Positions 1-13,600 are shown, counted from the first letter of the stretch. The stretch is 64,000 nucleotides of DNA from Ophelia neglecta (GCA_965285935.1 OZ260665.1:27528001-27592000), one strand, 5' to 3'. Program-made: numbers and translations. Notes: a model not told the origin generated them from the sequence alone.

Positions 1-667
1 CCAGCTCAACAACATACATCAGATACCTGTACCTACGAAAGTACATAGAACAATACTAGATATTACCTTACCGTGGAGTCCGAATGGAATGTAATAGATC
101 TACTGGATACCGTTGTTAATTAACTCTTAATTTTATAAGAATGGAGGGCTGCTGCTCAACACTAAAAGTGGTGGCTCTACGGACCCCGCGCACTACTTAT
201 GTCCGTAACAGTACTACTCTAAATAATCAGCTCCAACATTCATGAATATCACAAAGGTCTTCCCAGCATGTGTCATATTTCTATAAATACAGAAAAATGA
301 ATATATTTCAGCTGTACTTGAAGAGCATCTGTAAGAGCATTCCACGAAACAAGTAAGGCTCATTTTGTTTCATATTTAATTGCTCTTTTTATAATATGCT
401 ATAATCATTTCCATTACATATATCTGCGTATATTTTCTGATAAATAAATAAAAAGGGAAAAAATTAACATTGTTTAGCAAACTATTGCGTATATAAGATT
501 ATGCGATCCTAAATTTTTAATTTATATATGGCAGGTTACTGGAAATCGTGGAGTCTCAACACCTATCTATAGCACCTCCACAAATGCACAATGCCACATA
601 GCACTGTGAAACAGTGAAACTTGTATGTGATGCTCAGGAATATCAAAACACATAAAATCTGGGATGC

Positions 668-945
668 TCGCGCATGTCTCAGAATGGTATATGCGTGCGC
701 ATGTCTCAAAATGGTACATGCGCGCGCATGTCTCAGAATGGTACATGCGCGCGCATGTGTCAGAACCGTACATGCGTGCGCATGTGTCAGAACCGTACAT
801 GCGCGTGCATGTCTCAGAACCGTACATGCGTGCGCATGTCTCAGAACCGTACATGCGCGAGCATGTCTCAGAACTGTACATGCGTGAGCATGTATCAAAA
901 CTGTTTATGCGCATGCATCTACTGTTTTGAGCCATGTGTGCGCAG
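668..945. repeat. 27-bp minisatellite, ~10 copies (CATGTCTCAGAACCGTACATGCGCGCG-like)
   Basis: Direct tandem units, reflected as 9-aa repeats in five overlapping spurious ORFs. Confidence 0.95.
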
Positions 946-1411
946 ATAAAGACTTAGTAGCCTCGGAAGTGGTTTTAAAACGTTTGATAAAATGTGCTAT
1001 AATATATGATTTCACGTTTGTCTTAAATATTCGTGGCTCACCATTTTATTACAAATTAAATATGTGTTTAAAACATTGTTTTGGCGTTTATTTCTGAAAG
1101 TTTTGTGTTTATCTTTTCAACACCAATTAAGAAAATTAAAATCTATTATACACGTATATTATAAACGGTTGCAGTTAACTTTTTTCAAAACGTTTGATAA
1201 AATGTTTTATGTTTGGTGGGTCGTCGAGATAGCTACAATTACCAAGTTCAAATTTGACATTATGTTTTTCATCTTCCTGTGACTCGTTTGGAAGAGGGCA
1301 CCACTGAGGGAACAATTACAAAGTTAACAAGTTTGCTTTAAACGAAAGCGATTCAAATGCAGGAGGAATCTTGTAGCACAATCAGAGCAACAACAGTTGT
1401 CGTATTTATAG

Positions 1412-3194
1412 GGTACGTACCGATTGGCGGAAAACGCGGAAATCGCGGAAATCCATTTTCTGACACTAAAAAGGGTGTTTAAAGTGCGAAATAACTTTAA
1501 CTTTCCTCTAACTATGTATCTGCTGCATAATAAACTTGAATTCAACCTATCTGTCTTCTCGGCAAAATAATTCCGTGAAATATTAGTTTTGGTAGTCTCC
1601 ATTCAGACTTACCACTGGCCGCTTATGCAATGGACAATATTGGCGTGTATTCTAGCGGTCTTTAGGCTATTAGTATGTGTGTAATTACTCCTCAGCTTTT
1701 ACGTTTGTAACTAATGTTTTCTTAGGCATATATATCCCACATTTTAATTACTATGCTTCTTCCGTTTTCACCCTGAATTACTATTTCCTTCCCTTATTAA
1801 GAGGAAATTTAATTGACAACTGCTGTCACTGTCACTGAATTGTTTCTTAAAACCACTGTGACAATATCTGTTAATGGCCGGGTCAACTTTCTTTCACTGT
1901 GCTTATCATTAACCAGTTTAACCAACTTTAATAAATAAGTGTCACCTTCACCTTTAAGGCTTCGTTTACCAAATATTTCACGACATGAACATGAGGTTAT
2001 TGGACATCTGAAACTGATTTTCATACATTTTTTTCACAAAGGTGCTTTTTATCAAATAGGCTTTCATAAGTTTTGTTTGCCAACTATTTTGTCGTGGTTT
2101 TCGTTATTAGAATATCTTTTTTGTCTTGGAGAATTGCGATGACAGATTTTTTTTAAGGTGATTACAAATTCAACATTCTCAAGCACTTTACTTTGTTTCG
2201 ACACTTTTGTCAGGTGCTAAATACAAACTGAGCAATTGAGCCCAAATGTGTGAAAATCTTGTTTCTATTGATGCACCATCTGGACACTGATCAAAGTATA
2301 ATCAAAGAAGTGAAACTCTTTGTGCTATATAAACATTTACTTAGTTTTTAATGTTGTCCTGTTATTTTTGTCTTGTATAATCTGCTAGTAGGGGTTCTTA
2401 TACAATATAAAAACTGTAATTTTTTTTTGCTGTAAAAGCCATCACATACTCGCTTTGATGAATTGCATCTCATTTAAATTTGTCAATTATTACACATCCA
2501 ATAGAGTATAAACCACTAAATATGAATTGGTGAATGGAAGCCCCCATTCTTGAAATTTTTAACTCTTTTAACTTTTTAACTAACATTCTCTGCAAATATA
2601 TATATACAGTGAAACCTGTGCTTTTGGAAATTATCTGGAGGACAACACACACACGAACAATAATCGAGCATCAGTTACATATTTAGAAATATTTTATTCG
2701 ACCTAAGAAAACAACCGCGCCAGTCTAGATGACCGTTTGCATCGCCTTTTACATGATGTATGGGGCCCTGGTCCGCTATACAGGTTTAAGTGATGTTCCA
2801 GACTGCGAAAATGTCGGACACGAATGTAAGGTTTTTAGTCGTTTTTGAAGTGATTATGGTAAAAAAAATTACCAAAAGTGTTTTTCAAGGTGCAATTACT
2901 TGATAAAAACAATTTGCGAGGTGGAAAACTATAATACATTAGCAACAAGGAACCTTAACTTGAGTAATAGATGTTTCCAAATTTCCGCAAATTGCGAGTT
3001 GACAGCCCGATTACAATATTTCTTGCTGTAAGCATTACATAGCTTTTTTTAGAACAAAAACACTGGTGACAATTAAATATACACATATTTATTGACATGT
3101 AGCATTAAATTGGCCAAATGTGATCAGAAATGTCATATATAAGCATTTCCGCGATTTCCGTGATTTCCGCGTTTTCCGCCAATCGGTACGTACC
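1412..3194. mobile_element. Non-autonomous Mutator-like (MULE) DNA transposon, 1783 bp
   Basis: TIR GGTACGTACCGATTGGCGGAAAACGCGGAAATC (33 bp perfect, followed by CGCGGAAAT subrepeats). Perfect 9-bp TSD TATTTATAG at 1403-1411 and 3195-3203. No intact transposase ORF. Confidence 0.88.
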
Positions 3195-4449
3195 TATTTA
3201 TAGTCCCGTCATGCTAGGACACGGTAATTCCAGTGAGGTGCTGTGTTTGGGGGGAAATACCATTAAATGGTGCCCCACACATCTTATGAGCTCTTCCGCC
3301 GTTATGAAGGGATAATTCTTAAAAAATTATAACATTTCTCGCTTAACCAACATACATATAGTGCACATAGTGCATGTTCCTAGAATTTCTACGCTTTTCA
3401 CGCTGATATTTAAGAGTATATTCATAGTATATAGTGTATCCATACGCTGATTACTCTTTTTGAATTACGTATACTTCTTCATAAATGTGTCAACTGGCTC
3501 AATTAGTTACTGGTATGTTTGCTGGAATTTATACCCTATATAGATTTATCTAAAACTGGTGACTTTCAAATGTCATTATCGAAGGCTTATATTGTGGAAT
3601 CGTGCGCCAAAGCTGGATCGAAGTGTTATTTACCAACCAATTGTTTGACACTTCAGCTATGAGTGTTGGGAATACATTTATCAATTTTTTAAGCATGTGA
3701 TAAACAATATTTTTCTGCTTTTATTAGTATATTATTTACAAGTACCTTATGTACTGGCATGCAGTACGTATTCTTGCCTTACATTGAGTCTTATCAGGGT
3801 GCGATCCATCTGAACACGGCTGCAAATAACTATTACATGCCCTTGTAACGTTACTAAGTTGCTAGATTTGAAGAATTTTTATAAAACTAAAAATCGTTTT
3901 GTATGTGGCGGACATTATGAATAATTCCAGGAATCAAGAAGTTTTGTAAGCATTTTAGAGTTTGACCGTGATGCTAGTTTTTTCTTAAAATATGTCTAGA
4001 ATATATGATTTATCAAGTTACTTTTGACTCTGGCTTCAAAATTTAACCAAATATGTGTCACTGTTGTATTATCTAAGCATAAAAACACATATATGTACTT
4101 GGACAGTCGATTGCACATAAATGCACCAGAAGGTTCATTCTTAAGTCAACGGGACAATTGGTTTTGAGGCCCTAGTTTTGGTATAAAAATTATTTGATGA
4201 CCATTATCCGTTTGTTTGACAAAGAAAAGAAAATAGGACACAGGGAGGAAGATAATTGATTATTATATTTAATACAAGAAGTAAACAAAAGTTGTTCTAT
4301 TGATTGGGAGCTGGAGCTTAGTGAACGATCGCGTAGCATGATGATAGGTTTGGGAAATGGGAACAAACATACGTGTATCTTTTAAACGTTCTGTTATAGC
4401 GTATGCTTAATAAATTTATACATGAACATTGCTACCATGTAATTATGAC

Positions 4450-4700
4450 AAAAAATAATTCAAATCCTTAAAAATAGCACGTGACTTTGTGCTGTTGGTG
4501 GAGGAGAGTCAATAACTCTAATAGCAAGGTCATGTAACTTTGAAATAATTAACAAGTAAACAGTTGTTGCTCCACCCCATACTTCTATATAATCGATCAA
4601 GCAGTACGGGTAGAAACGATTATACAGAATAAGGAAAGTGGATTTGTTAAAGAGATCTCCAAGTCTTGCCAATAATGCCAATGCATTTGGAAAATTAACA
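4450..4700 (-). mobile_element. Decayed CR1/L2-type LINE ORF2 3' fragment
   Basis: Translation LILYNRFYPYCLIDYIEVWG...KLHDLAIRVI...HVLF resembles the post-RT region of CR1-clade LINEs (LY..LIYPYL.YC.EVWG..LQK.AIRII). Confidence 0.65.
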
Positions 4701-5258
4701 TCTTTTTTTTTTTTTCAGACCATGACTTTTTAGAGTCATGATTACTGCCAAAAATCATCACCCTTTTTAAAGATTCTCATGATTTTATGATAACTAAAGG
4801 CAAACCTGGAATTACGTTTTGATATCAAATAAAACCTCATTGGCTTGTAACCAATCTACAATATTTAGTATAAAAACGGGATTGGCTAGGCCTACTCAAA
4901 GCAAACTCATTGGAGGGCTATTCAAGAATATTTGCTGTAGAAGTCAAATCGGTCGGAAAAGGTATGAACCTTCAGCTTCAGGCGGTCACACATCACTCCC
5001 CATTTCCCCAAATGTAGGTCTTAAGGCTTGTAAAGAAATTGATCAAAATATTATGAATTGATTAGCTTTAAAATATAATAAGTGAGGAAAATTTAACACT
5101 TGTGAAATGATGACGAAATAAGGGTAATCTGGTTTGACCCGCTTCCCGTTTTGACCCGCTCTTTTCCTATACTAGACCTCTGATTATACTAGCAGTGACT
5201 CCACGGGCAGATGCAGACGAGAACCAAATTACTATGTGCAGCTTTGGTTCTTCCTCAG

Positions 5259-5314
5259 TGACGTCATGATTTTATTGTAAACAACCAATCCGGTGAACGA
5301 AAAATAATGACGTA
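5259..5314 (+). promoter_or_regulatory. Putative NDUFA4-like promoter: CRE (TGACGTCA 5259-5266), CCAAT (~5285), CRE half-site (~5308)
   Basis: Motifs seen directly, just upstream of the putative non-coding exon 1. A second perfect TGACGTCA lies at 5767-5774 in the first coding intron. Confidence 0.4.
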
Positions 5315-5591
5315 CATGCTACTGTTACTATCATCATTGTTTGAGTGAAACAAGCAGGACATTTTTTTTTCTTTTGGGGCTGGGGGGTCGTTTTTTTAAA
5401 GGTAAGTGAATTTGCTTTTCCTAACAAGTTATTTTCTATCTATTCTAACCATCAGTTATACAGACTAGCACATCAAAATTGAGGTATCAGTACTATCATT
5501 GGCATAGGGCCCCTGGGATGGAGCCTAGGTCTACTAAATCACCGTCTGAGATAGATTGAGCGTATCTATTTTTACCTTCAGAACAGAAATC

Positions 5592-7112
5592 ATGTTTGGA
5601 GATATGTTTGGACCAATGAATAAAGATGCGTTCAAGGTGTTCAAGCCTAGTTACATGAAGAAACATTACTGCGTAAGTATAGGCGGATACCTACATAGAA
5701 TTTTATTAGATTATTCCCATGTGGGCCTAGCATATAGGTTATTATTATCCATTAAAGCGGACAAAATGACGTCACACAATGTCCATACTTCAAAAAGGAA
5801 TGGCTATTAAATTAATTGAAATTCACTGAGGATCGACGCACAGTCAAATCCAATGTTATTCTTAACTTTTTAATTCAGCTGATTCCGTTAGTTGGGTCAT
5901 GCGCTGTTGCCTTCGCGCTCTGTGGCTCCTACATCACCTACATGATAACAAGAAAGCCGGATGTCAGGTGGGCATGCTTCATCTCAATACACGTCCTGTA
6001 GTTTATAGCTTGTTTTGAATATATATGTATGGAGATATGTTTTAAATATAGTGATGAAGATGTTAGGATTACTCTCAGACAGTCTATCACTCGAGGTCTA
6101 CTAGTTCCCAATAGTTGATTTCAATAGTATCTGACTATATTATTAAATCGGGGCCCAAGGGGTTAATTTGTTAGATACATGCTCATTCAGCCAAATAAAC
6201 TTGTTACTTAATGTTTCTTATTTAACTTGGAGAAATGATGAACAAAGGATTTTCTTTGAACTTAAATGGAATATATTATTATTTGCAATTGCGAGATTAA
6301 TTAGATAAAATTGTTACCTACATAACAGTCGTGCAAGGGAATTTCTGAAAAGTAGGCCAACCATTAAGATTCCCGTTGAGAGAACAGAGATTTGAATACC
6401 AAGGGTCTATCTACATCGCTGATTAGACTATAAAGGCATTAGTCAGTTGTGATTTACTTAACCGATATAGGCCTATATTTAGTTAGTTAATCGGTTAATG
6501 AATATTATAGGATTGAACTGTAAGCGGCACGTTTTGTAACACTAACAAGATTTTCTGTAGCGGTCCGGGCATTTGGAGTAACACAAATTCATCGTTAAAT
6601 AATGAAATATCTGCCAATATTATAAATGGAACAGGGACGGCCTTATAGACACTATATGATCGGTTATTTTTTGTTAATGGAAATCAGTAACCTGTACAAG
6701 AACCAGTTAACTTTAACATGACCTAATTTCAGTTTTTTAAAGACAAAGCTCAGGATAAGGGCATCATGCACATGTACACCGAATTAAATTAATTCGTTAA
6801 CTAAAATTGATTGTGTACATTTTTTTTGTAGTTATCGCATGCCATTCATCCATGGCAAGCACGGGACCGTAGGAACGCCAGAGGAATGGCTGGGCCCCAA
6901 TGAATTTAGAAAGGTAAACACTTCTTTAGCACAGTTCAGTAGGTGTATACATTGAAATGGCTTAGCAGGTATTATCTTATTCATTTTGTTACGTGGGAAG
7001 TTACACATTTCCTTTTTTTCTTTTCGTATCTCAGTTTATCGTCGTCAATGATCAGAAATGCCCACCAGAAGTCGCTAAACTGCGGGAAGAAATTGGCAGC
7101 CATAGGAAGTAG
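5592..7112 (+). CDS. NDUFA4: NDUFA4/COXFA4 (B12D family) cytochrome c oxidase subunit-like protein, ~109 aa, 4 coding exons
   Basis: Exons 5592-5672, 5879-5967, 6832-6913, 7035-7112, all GT-AG and phase-consistent. Protein: MFGDMFGPMNKDAFKVFKPSYMKKHYC-LIPLVGSCAVAFALCGSYITYMITRKPDVS-YRMPF...PEEWLGPNEFRK-FIVVN...SHRK*. The 'KKH..LIPL', single TM, 'PDVS' and 'W.LGPNE.KF' motifs match the NDUFA4 family. A probable non-coding first exon ends at 5401 (AAG|GTAAGT). AATAAA at 7397. Confidence 0.85.
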
Positions 7113-10100
7113 TATGGATGTATTTAATCTCATATGATAGACTACTTACCGGCCAACTTATCAACTTTTACTGAATGTCATACCTTTCACACTCTGATAA
7201 AAGGAATTTTAATATTTCATCCTATGAGACGTGCTAAGCTGTGACATGTGGGAAAAGCTAACAACTGTTATTCAGAGAGAATATGAATTTGGAAATGAAA
7301 CTCGGCACAAACCTATAATTCTAGACATCTGAAGCCCCTTACCATGGCAAACTGTGATTTGAACATTTTTGCTTCCAAGAATTCCGAATATCATCAAATA
7401 AATTATTAAATTTTATGAACTTGTGATGTATTATATACTTTTTATACCACATATTGACACTAACAAAATGGTAAATAAATTATTAGTGAAATGAATATTC
7501 ATGGTTGGTAACAGATTATTTCACTAACCATTAATTTGCACTTAAGGCTATCTACCCTTGGTTCACACAGTGGTCATAAAAATTTCAAGTATCATCTTTT
7601 GGCTTTCACTTTGATCATAATGGTGAAGCATGCATCATTCAGCCAGGCAATTGCTTATTGACCGATAAAAAATATATTTTAAATATTCAATGGCAGTAAA
7701 ATATGTTTACAAAACAAAACCTACTTAATAAAATAACAAGCAAAATAAAATACTATGTAGCTATAAAACTAGGAAAAGAACCAGAGGACAGTAATAAGTG
7801 TTTATATAACAAGGCTTTATTGGGTATTGTTCACCTTCTTAGGGTGCTTTGCAGTTGTTTAAACACTTGGTATATGGGTGTATATAATAACATGTTGCAG
7901 TTTAACACGGATACAAAAACCACTGAAGTCACCCTTTAAAGCTACCTACAATATTCACTGTGGAATAAATAATTCAGGGTCAAGACTACATATTTAATAT
8001 ACTACTCTGCAAGCACATTAACAACATGGCTTCTCAAAATTTCCTAAATATGACAGATTCAAAAAGGAAACATATTGAAGGCAATGTCAAATTAATACTT
8101 AACCTTAATTATATAGTAAATTAAACTAGGCTTATACACTGGCCTAGAAGGAGTCCATGCAGAGTACACGGAGATGCTTCATAACTGTTTAACAAACACA
8201 TCACATGCAGGGCGTTGTGTTGACTATGTAGATTTCTACTCCTTTTTCAAAAATTCAGTAGTAAAAAAAACTTCCAAAAAATGGAGCAACATTGGTAACA
8301 TGGATAAAAAGTCAAGGCAATGGTCAATAAACTCCCATACTACTAGCGAGTAGTAGTGCAACCAGGTAAAAATATTTTCTATATTAACATGTACATACAA
8401 GAATGCTGAATGAACACATACTACACACAGGTGACCTAGGGAGAATGACAAGCCTGCACATAAACAAAACAGTGAACCTCTAACATTTCACCAAGCCCTT
8501 ATTTCTTGAATTTTTTAGCGAGTTTATTGAAACTGCAAAATTCAAATGCTTACGAAAATTAAAGGCCCAGTTAGGATATATTGTCGATGCCTCTAGTAAA
8601 ATGCTAAATGAAAGGGCAGGGAAATAATTTTTGTGCCAAAAATAAGAATGTTTAGTTTACAGTTAGTAACACAATTACAAACACAGGCTTCTTAAAATCT
8701 CACAATAATACCCATCACGAAATTGTCACTAGTGTCATCTTACCAGTACTCCTTTGTACTGAATGCTGAAAGACATTGTAAACATGTCAAGCATTGGTCA
8801 GATCTCAAATCAAAACTTTTAAATGTGCGCATCATACCAGCATGTGAACCTATACTACACCCTTTAACAAATACTATAACGGTGAGAATGTGCCCGCTGG
8901 GTTTGAATTAGCCAATCTGCAAACAACCAATCGCACACGAAATTAAAACTTGCGAACATCAAATCATATTTAGGACTTTTTCCTATTGCAAAAAAAAAAA
9001 AAATATGCGAAGTGTCAATTTTTGCAAAAAACATGAATCTAAACCCATTACAGTATGCACTAAAACAAAAATATAGCACTTCATCCCTAGGAGCTGTCAA
9101 ATAAATGCACGTTTGCTTCATTATAATGATACAGTCAAAATGCAGGTAAAAGTGATGTAATTTGGACACTGGCATACACAGTGGTTCTCAAGTTAACTAT
9201 GGCTTTGAAAATATATTGAACTTTAAAATCGATCAGATAGACCAGTCCCGTTAAAGGCTTTTATGTCAGTAACTCTTCATTTTGTTATCTTGAAAGTGGG
9301 ACCGAAATTGCGAAACTAAAAAGTTGCATGGGAGGCATGGTGGTGGACGACAGATAACACAAAAAAAAACCTCATTCCTGGTCTGCTCCATAAATTGTGC
9401 TCCAAATTCACAAATAATGGGCAGTGAAATTACATTGTTTTACAGGACTGATATAAAAATATTATAGATCTACATGGATAAAAAAAACACTTTGGTTGGT
9501 AGTGTGAAGGACAGTTTATACCTGCAGTCTAAGTTTCCACATGGAAGACCAAGTCTTAAGACAGCTCAATAGGTCACACAGTTTAATAAGTCTATCAATA
9601 TCTCATGCTTGGCTTAAAACCAAATATGTCTTTAAGACACATGGAAAAATACACTGTAATCAATCAGTTCCTGCCACAAGAAAGGTACAGCCTTTGATAA
9701 GCCTTCTGCTTCGACCCTTGCCATACATTTGCCATACAATTGGTAATAAATGGCCACCTCATAAAGTGATTAAAAAGTCCAGGTATGGTTTAAGGCTTAA
9801 CTTATTCACTGCTGACCTTTCTGTAAGCAAAGGCCTTTCAGACGAGGTATCTCGTCCACAGCAGTCTACTAGTTAAAGGCATTGGCTTGGGCTTGGGCCC
9901 ATATTGTGGGCTGCAAGGGGTTTGATGGGTCCCTTGGCTACATGAACAAAATAACGGTTAGATATTCAGTTTCTAAAGCCACAGTCCAACGTGATCCAAG
10001 AGGGTCGTAGGCCGCAAACTACATGTAGACGCAGCTTCAGCACAGCACAAGCAATACAATGGCATGGAATTCGTGTTGGGGCCTCGGCTTAGCTGAAAAA

Positions 10101-10621
10101 CATGGTGCTTTAAGCAGTTCATTACTCATGGCACTGTCATAATACTTTTATTCACACTGTAATTTGAAACAGATCTCATAAATATATTATGATGTCCTTC
10201 ATACATCTTTCAACACAAATTACAGATAACGGAACCAACAGTGTTGTTGAAGATCTAGGGGCCATTATCCATTAACCTGTAACCTTGGCAACATTTTAAG
10301 AGACCCTATAAAATATACTTCACTGGTGACCTTGCATATTGAAATACAACTCATTATAGTAGGGAGACTTGCAGGACAAAGCATAGTATGAACTGTCATG
10401 CACAGAATACTTTATCATAAGCCATACAGGTCCTAAAATCTTGGCTTAAAAAATGGATGAGTCTTGTCAGAAAACAAGTTGAATATATAAAAATGCCATA
10501 CAGAGTTTATACATATCTAATATATGAAATTTAGACTATTAAATAGTTTTTTGTTACAGTTGTACAAAGTAGAAAATATTGCACTTGGTACACATATGCC
10601 ACATTTTGCATTATTTACACA

Positions 10622-13600
10622 TCAGAGTGGTGTATCAGCCACTATCCTACCAGAGTATGTCCCTTCGGACATGCAAGTCGAGTCTATAGTTTTACTACTA
10701 CTGCTTGATGCACCAAGAGAAGCATATGGAGCCCCCGCAGAACTCCCAGAGGCTTGAGTAGTATTCAGAACACCCTGTTTACGTGCCCCACTATCCACTG
10801 ACGACTTCCTGGATGCGGCAGCACTAGGCGTGTTTGAGCGAGTAGTACAATCTGTAGAATCCCCACCCTCTGATAGTAGTATATTGTCCAGATACTGCAC
10901 TACTTGTGCTGCTCTGTATAGCGTGGAGTCTTCTGGTCCACTAGGCGGCAGCACTTGTGGTCTTGGTTCGGCAGATCCTGGCTGACGATGTGTTTCTATA
11001 GTAACTTGAACCGAGTTCATGTCCGAGTCCATAGGCAGAGCTGGTCGAGCCCTGTCGCCGGCATCGCTCATGTGTGACCTGTATGTGGGAGGACGAGACC
11101 CATCATTGCCCAAAGGAAAGGTGATATGCAGGCCCGGCCGCTGGGCGGTGCTGGCCCGGGAGCGGTAGGTAGGCGGAGGGCTGCTAGGCAGACTGACATC
11201 ATCTGCTCCTCCCTCCTAAAGCAGGGAAATTGATGGTTCAAATTAAATGGGAAAAATACAGTTAGTCTATACTTTTCATAGTGAAAACTATGAACTAATA
11301 ATTCTATTTATAATGTAGATAAATAAATATAACAAAGTAAAAACAAGGTTATCACATTTTAATGCAAAGTGTGATGTTTATTTCAATTAATTTTTGGTAA
11401 CTTATAAACAAGGTGATTGTTTAATAAAAGACAGATTAATGTAATATTGTAATTAACGCATGCACCACCTGATTGGTTGGGTTTTGCTGGAGCTGTGCTA
11501 ACATGAGCTGCTGCTGGTACTCCTGCATGGACACGTTATAGGAGGGCGGGGGCCGGCGGTGTCGAAACTCAGGATACAACACTCCTGAAAGGGAAAGAAA
11601 GGCAACTAGTACTTGTACCTCCAGGAAAACAGTGACAGGTGGCTCTTATGTGATGTGGGAACATGATAGGAGTGGTAGCCAGTTAGACATTTGGTGCTGC
11701 ACAGACAGATGGTAGTCTGTCATAGTAGAGTGGATTTATTCACTGTACACTGTAATGGTGACCACATGCGTCCAGAGGGGGGGGGGGGCAGAATGAATAC
11801 AGTTTGGAGAGATGAGCTATTGCCTATGGCCTTTGGACTTGAGGCCCCCCCCCCCCCCCTCTCTCGCCCTTTAAGTCTCTTCCCTTGGGATGAACAGATC
11901 AGCTTTATCCTCTCAAGTACTTTCCTTACCAGTTATGTATACTACTTTTAAATATAACCAGTATAAAGATTTTAATGGCACAAAAATAACTGTTTTAAAT
12001 CAGGCTGCAGAGAGAGTGTGCATAATGCATGGCTGATGCTCAGAGACCTGTCAACAGTATTGATATGTACCGGAGTACTACATCTACATCTGGAAAAAAC
12101 TTTCCAGCTTTCATACATGTGCATGTGTGTAATCTATCATCCACCACAGAAGCCTTGTGGCATAATGCTCTAGAAAGGTTAGAGAATGTATTAAAAACAA
12201 ATACTCTAGCTTAGTCAACTTGAAAAATATTGATTTTAGATTAGTGACAAGGCTTAGCTGATTTGACATTGAACTTATCACCTGTTTGTAAACTGCCACA
12301 GATATCCTACTTAAAACATGTTTATTGCAAGCATTTCAACCTTGGAAAATGTTTGTAATACAATATTCTGTCAAAAACATCTCCATGGTCACTCAGATAA
12401 GAATGTACTGGCATACCTGACATATACTGTATTGTACTGTAAACGCTGCCTATCTGTAAAGCAGACTTAGCTGGAGTGTTACATCCTCACTGGTCTTATA
12501 AATCATAATAAACTTAGTTCTCAAGTACACCATGACACCTAGATATTAGATAAGTGGTAAAGGGCATTTTACTGAAGAAACCAAAATGATCAATGCCTAT
12601 CAAAAATTTAAACTGTTCCATGACACATCCAGAAAAAGTAGGATCAGTTGTAACTTGTTCACGCACCTAGCATGAACAACTTGCATGTGAGTTACATTTT
12701 GAAAGTAAATAAGCATCCAAATGCAGCACTCAACGGAAGTCTAAATAGCATGAAACAAACGCTAATCTATGAGCCAACAAACAATACATAGTGTGGAATC
12801 AGGAGACAAATGTACAAACATTGAAATATCTCAGATCGCTTACAATCAATCTTTAGACAATTAAGCCAGTTAAGTTAATGATATTTGTCTTACAATATAA
12901 ATCCTGTGAACAAATCTGAGAGGTTAAAGTTCACTTTGAAGTAAGGAATTTAAGGAGGAGGTTTCTGTCATAGAACTTAACAACATTAACTAATCCCATC
13001 TGTCCTAAGCTCTGAGCTCCTTTTTGTCAAATCACTCTGTCAACTTCAAGTGCAATTTACAGGGAAAAGGAATATCTTATTTTACATAGTCTGGGTTCAA
13101 ATTTCCCTTTTGTACATCAATGTTGGCAGTATTGACTTTTGTGTTCAGAATAAACAGGAAAAGTATGTTTGGTGACTTTCCAGGCTATAGGTCAAAATTT
13201 ACAATGCAATGACTTGGCAAAAATCTGTCAGTATTATTTTTTTTTAATGACTACTTTTTTAAGTTTTGGTACATTTAATTGGCTGAAAATTGTTAGTAAT
13301 TGGATGTGATTTAAACCGGATACATTTTGTCATCGTAAATAATTACAAGCTACTTAAAAAAAACATCAGCACATTCATTTATCACCTTCTTGCCTTAAAG
13401 CATTCAGAATGGATTGTTTTCCAAATGCCTGACAACACCAGAACTACATCTGACTCCAGGACTGATTTAAGCAGTCGCCTTCTAGCCCCAGGCTACTAAA
13501 TAGATTCTTGGCCAGTGGGTTTCATGCTTTTTTCAGTTTAAACTACAGCAAAATACATTAGAAACTTTCTTTAAGAAAAATTGCATTATCAGGGTTTGCT

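Noticed and set aside
563-949. Five overlapping repetitive ORFs
   Set aside because: They are translations of a stop-free 27-bp minisatellite; no splice or homology support.
2190-2330. Transposase-like peptide remnant inside the MULE-like element
   Set aside because: Similarity is too weak and interrupted to support by eye.
7113-7420. miR-147-like hairpin in the 3'UTR by analogy with C15orf48/NMES1
   Set aside because: No match to the GUGUGCGG seed region and no convincing hairpin seen.
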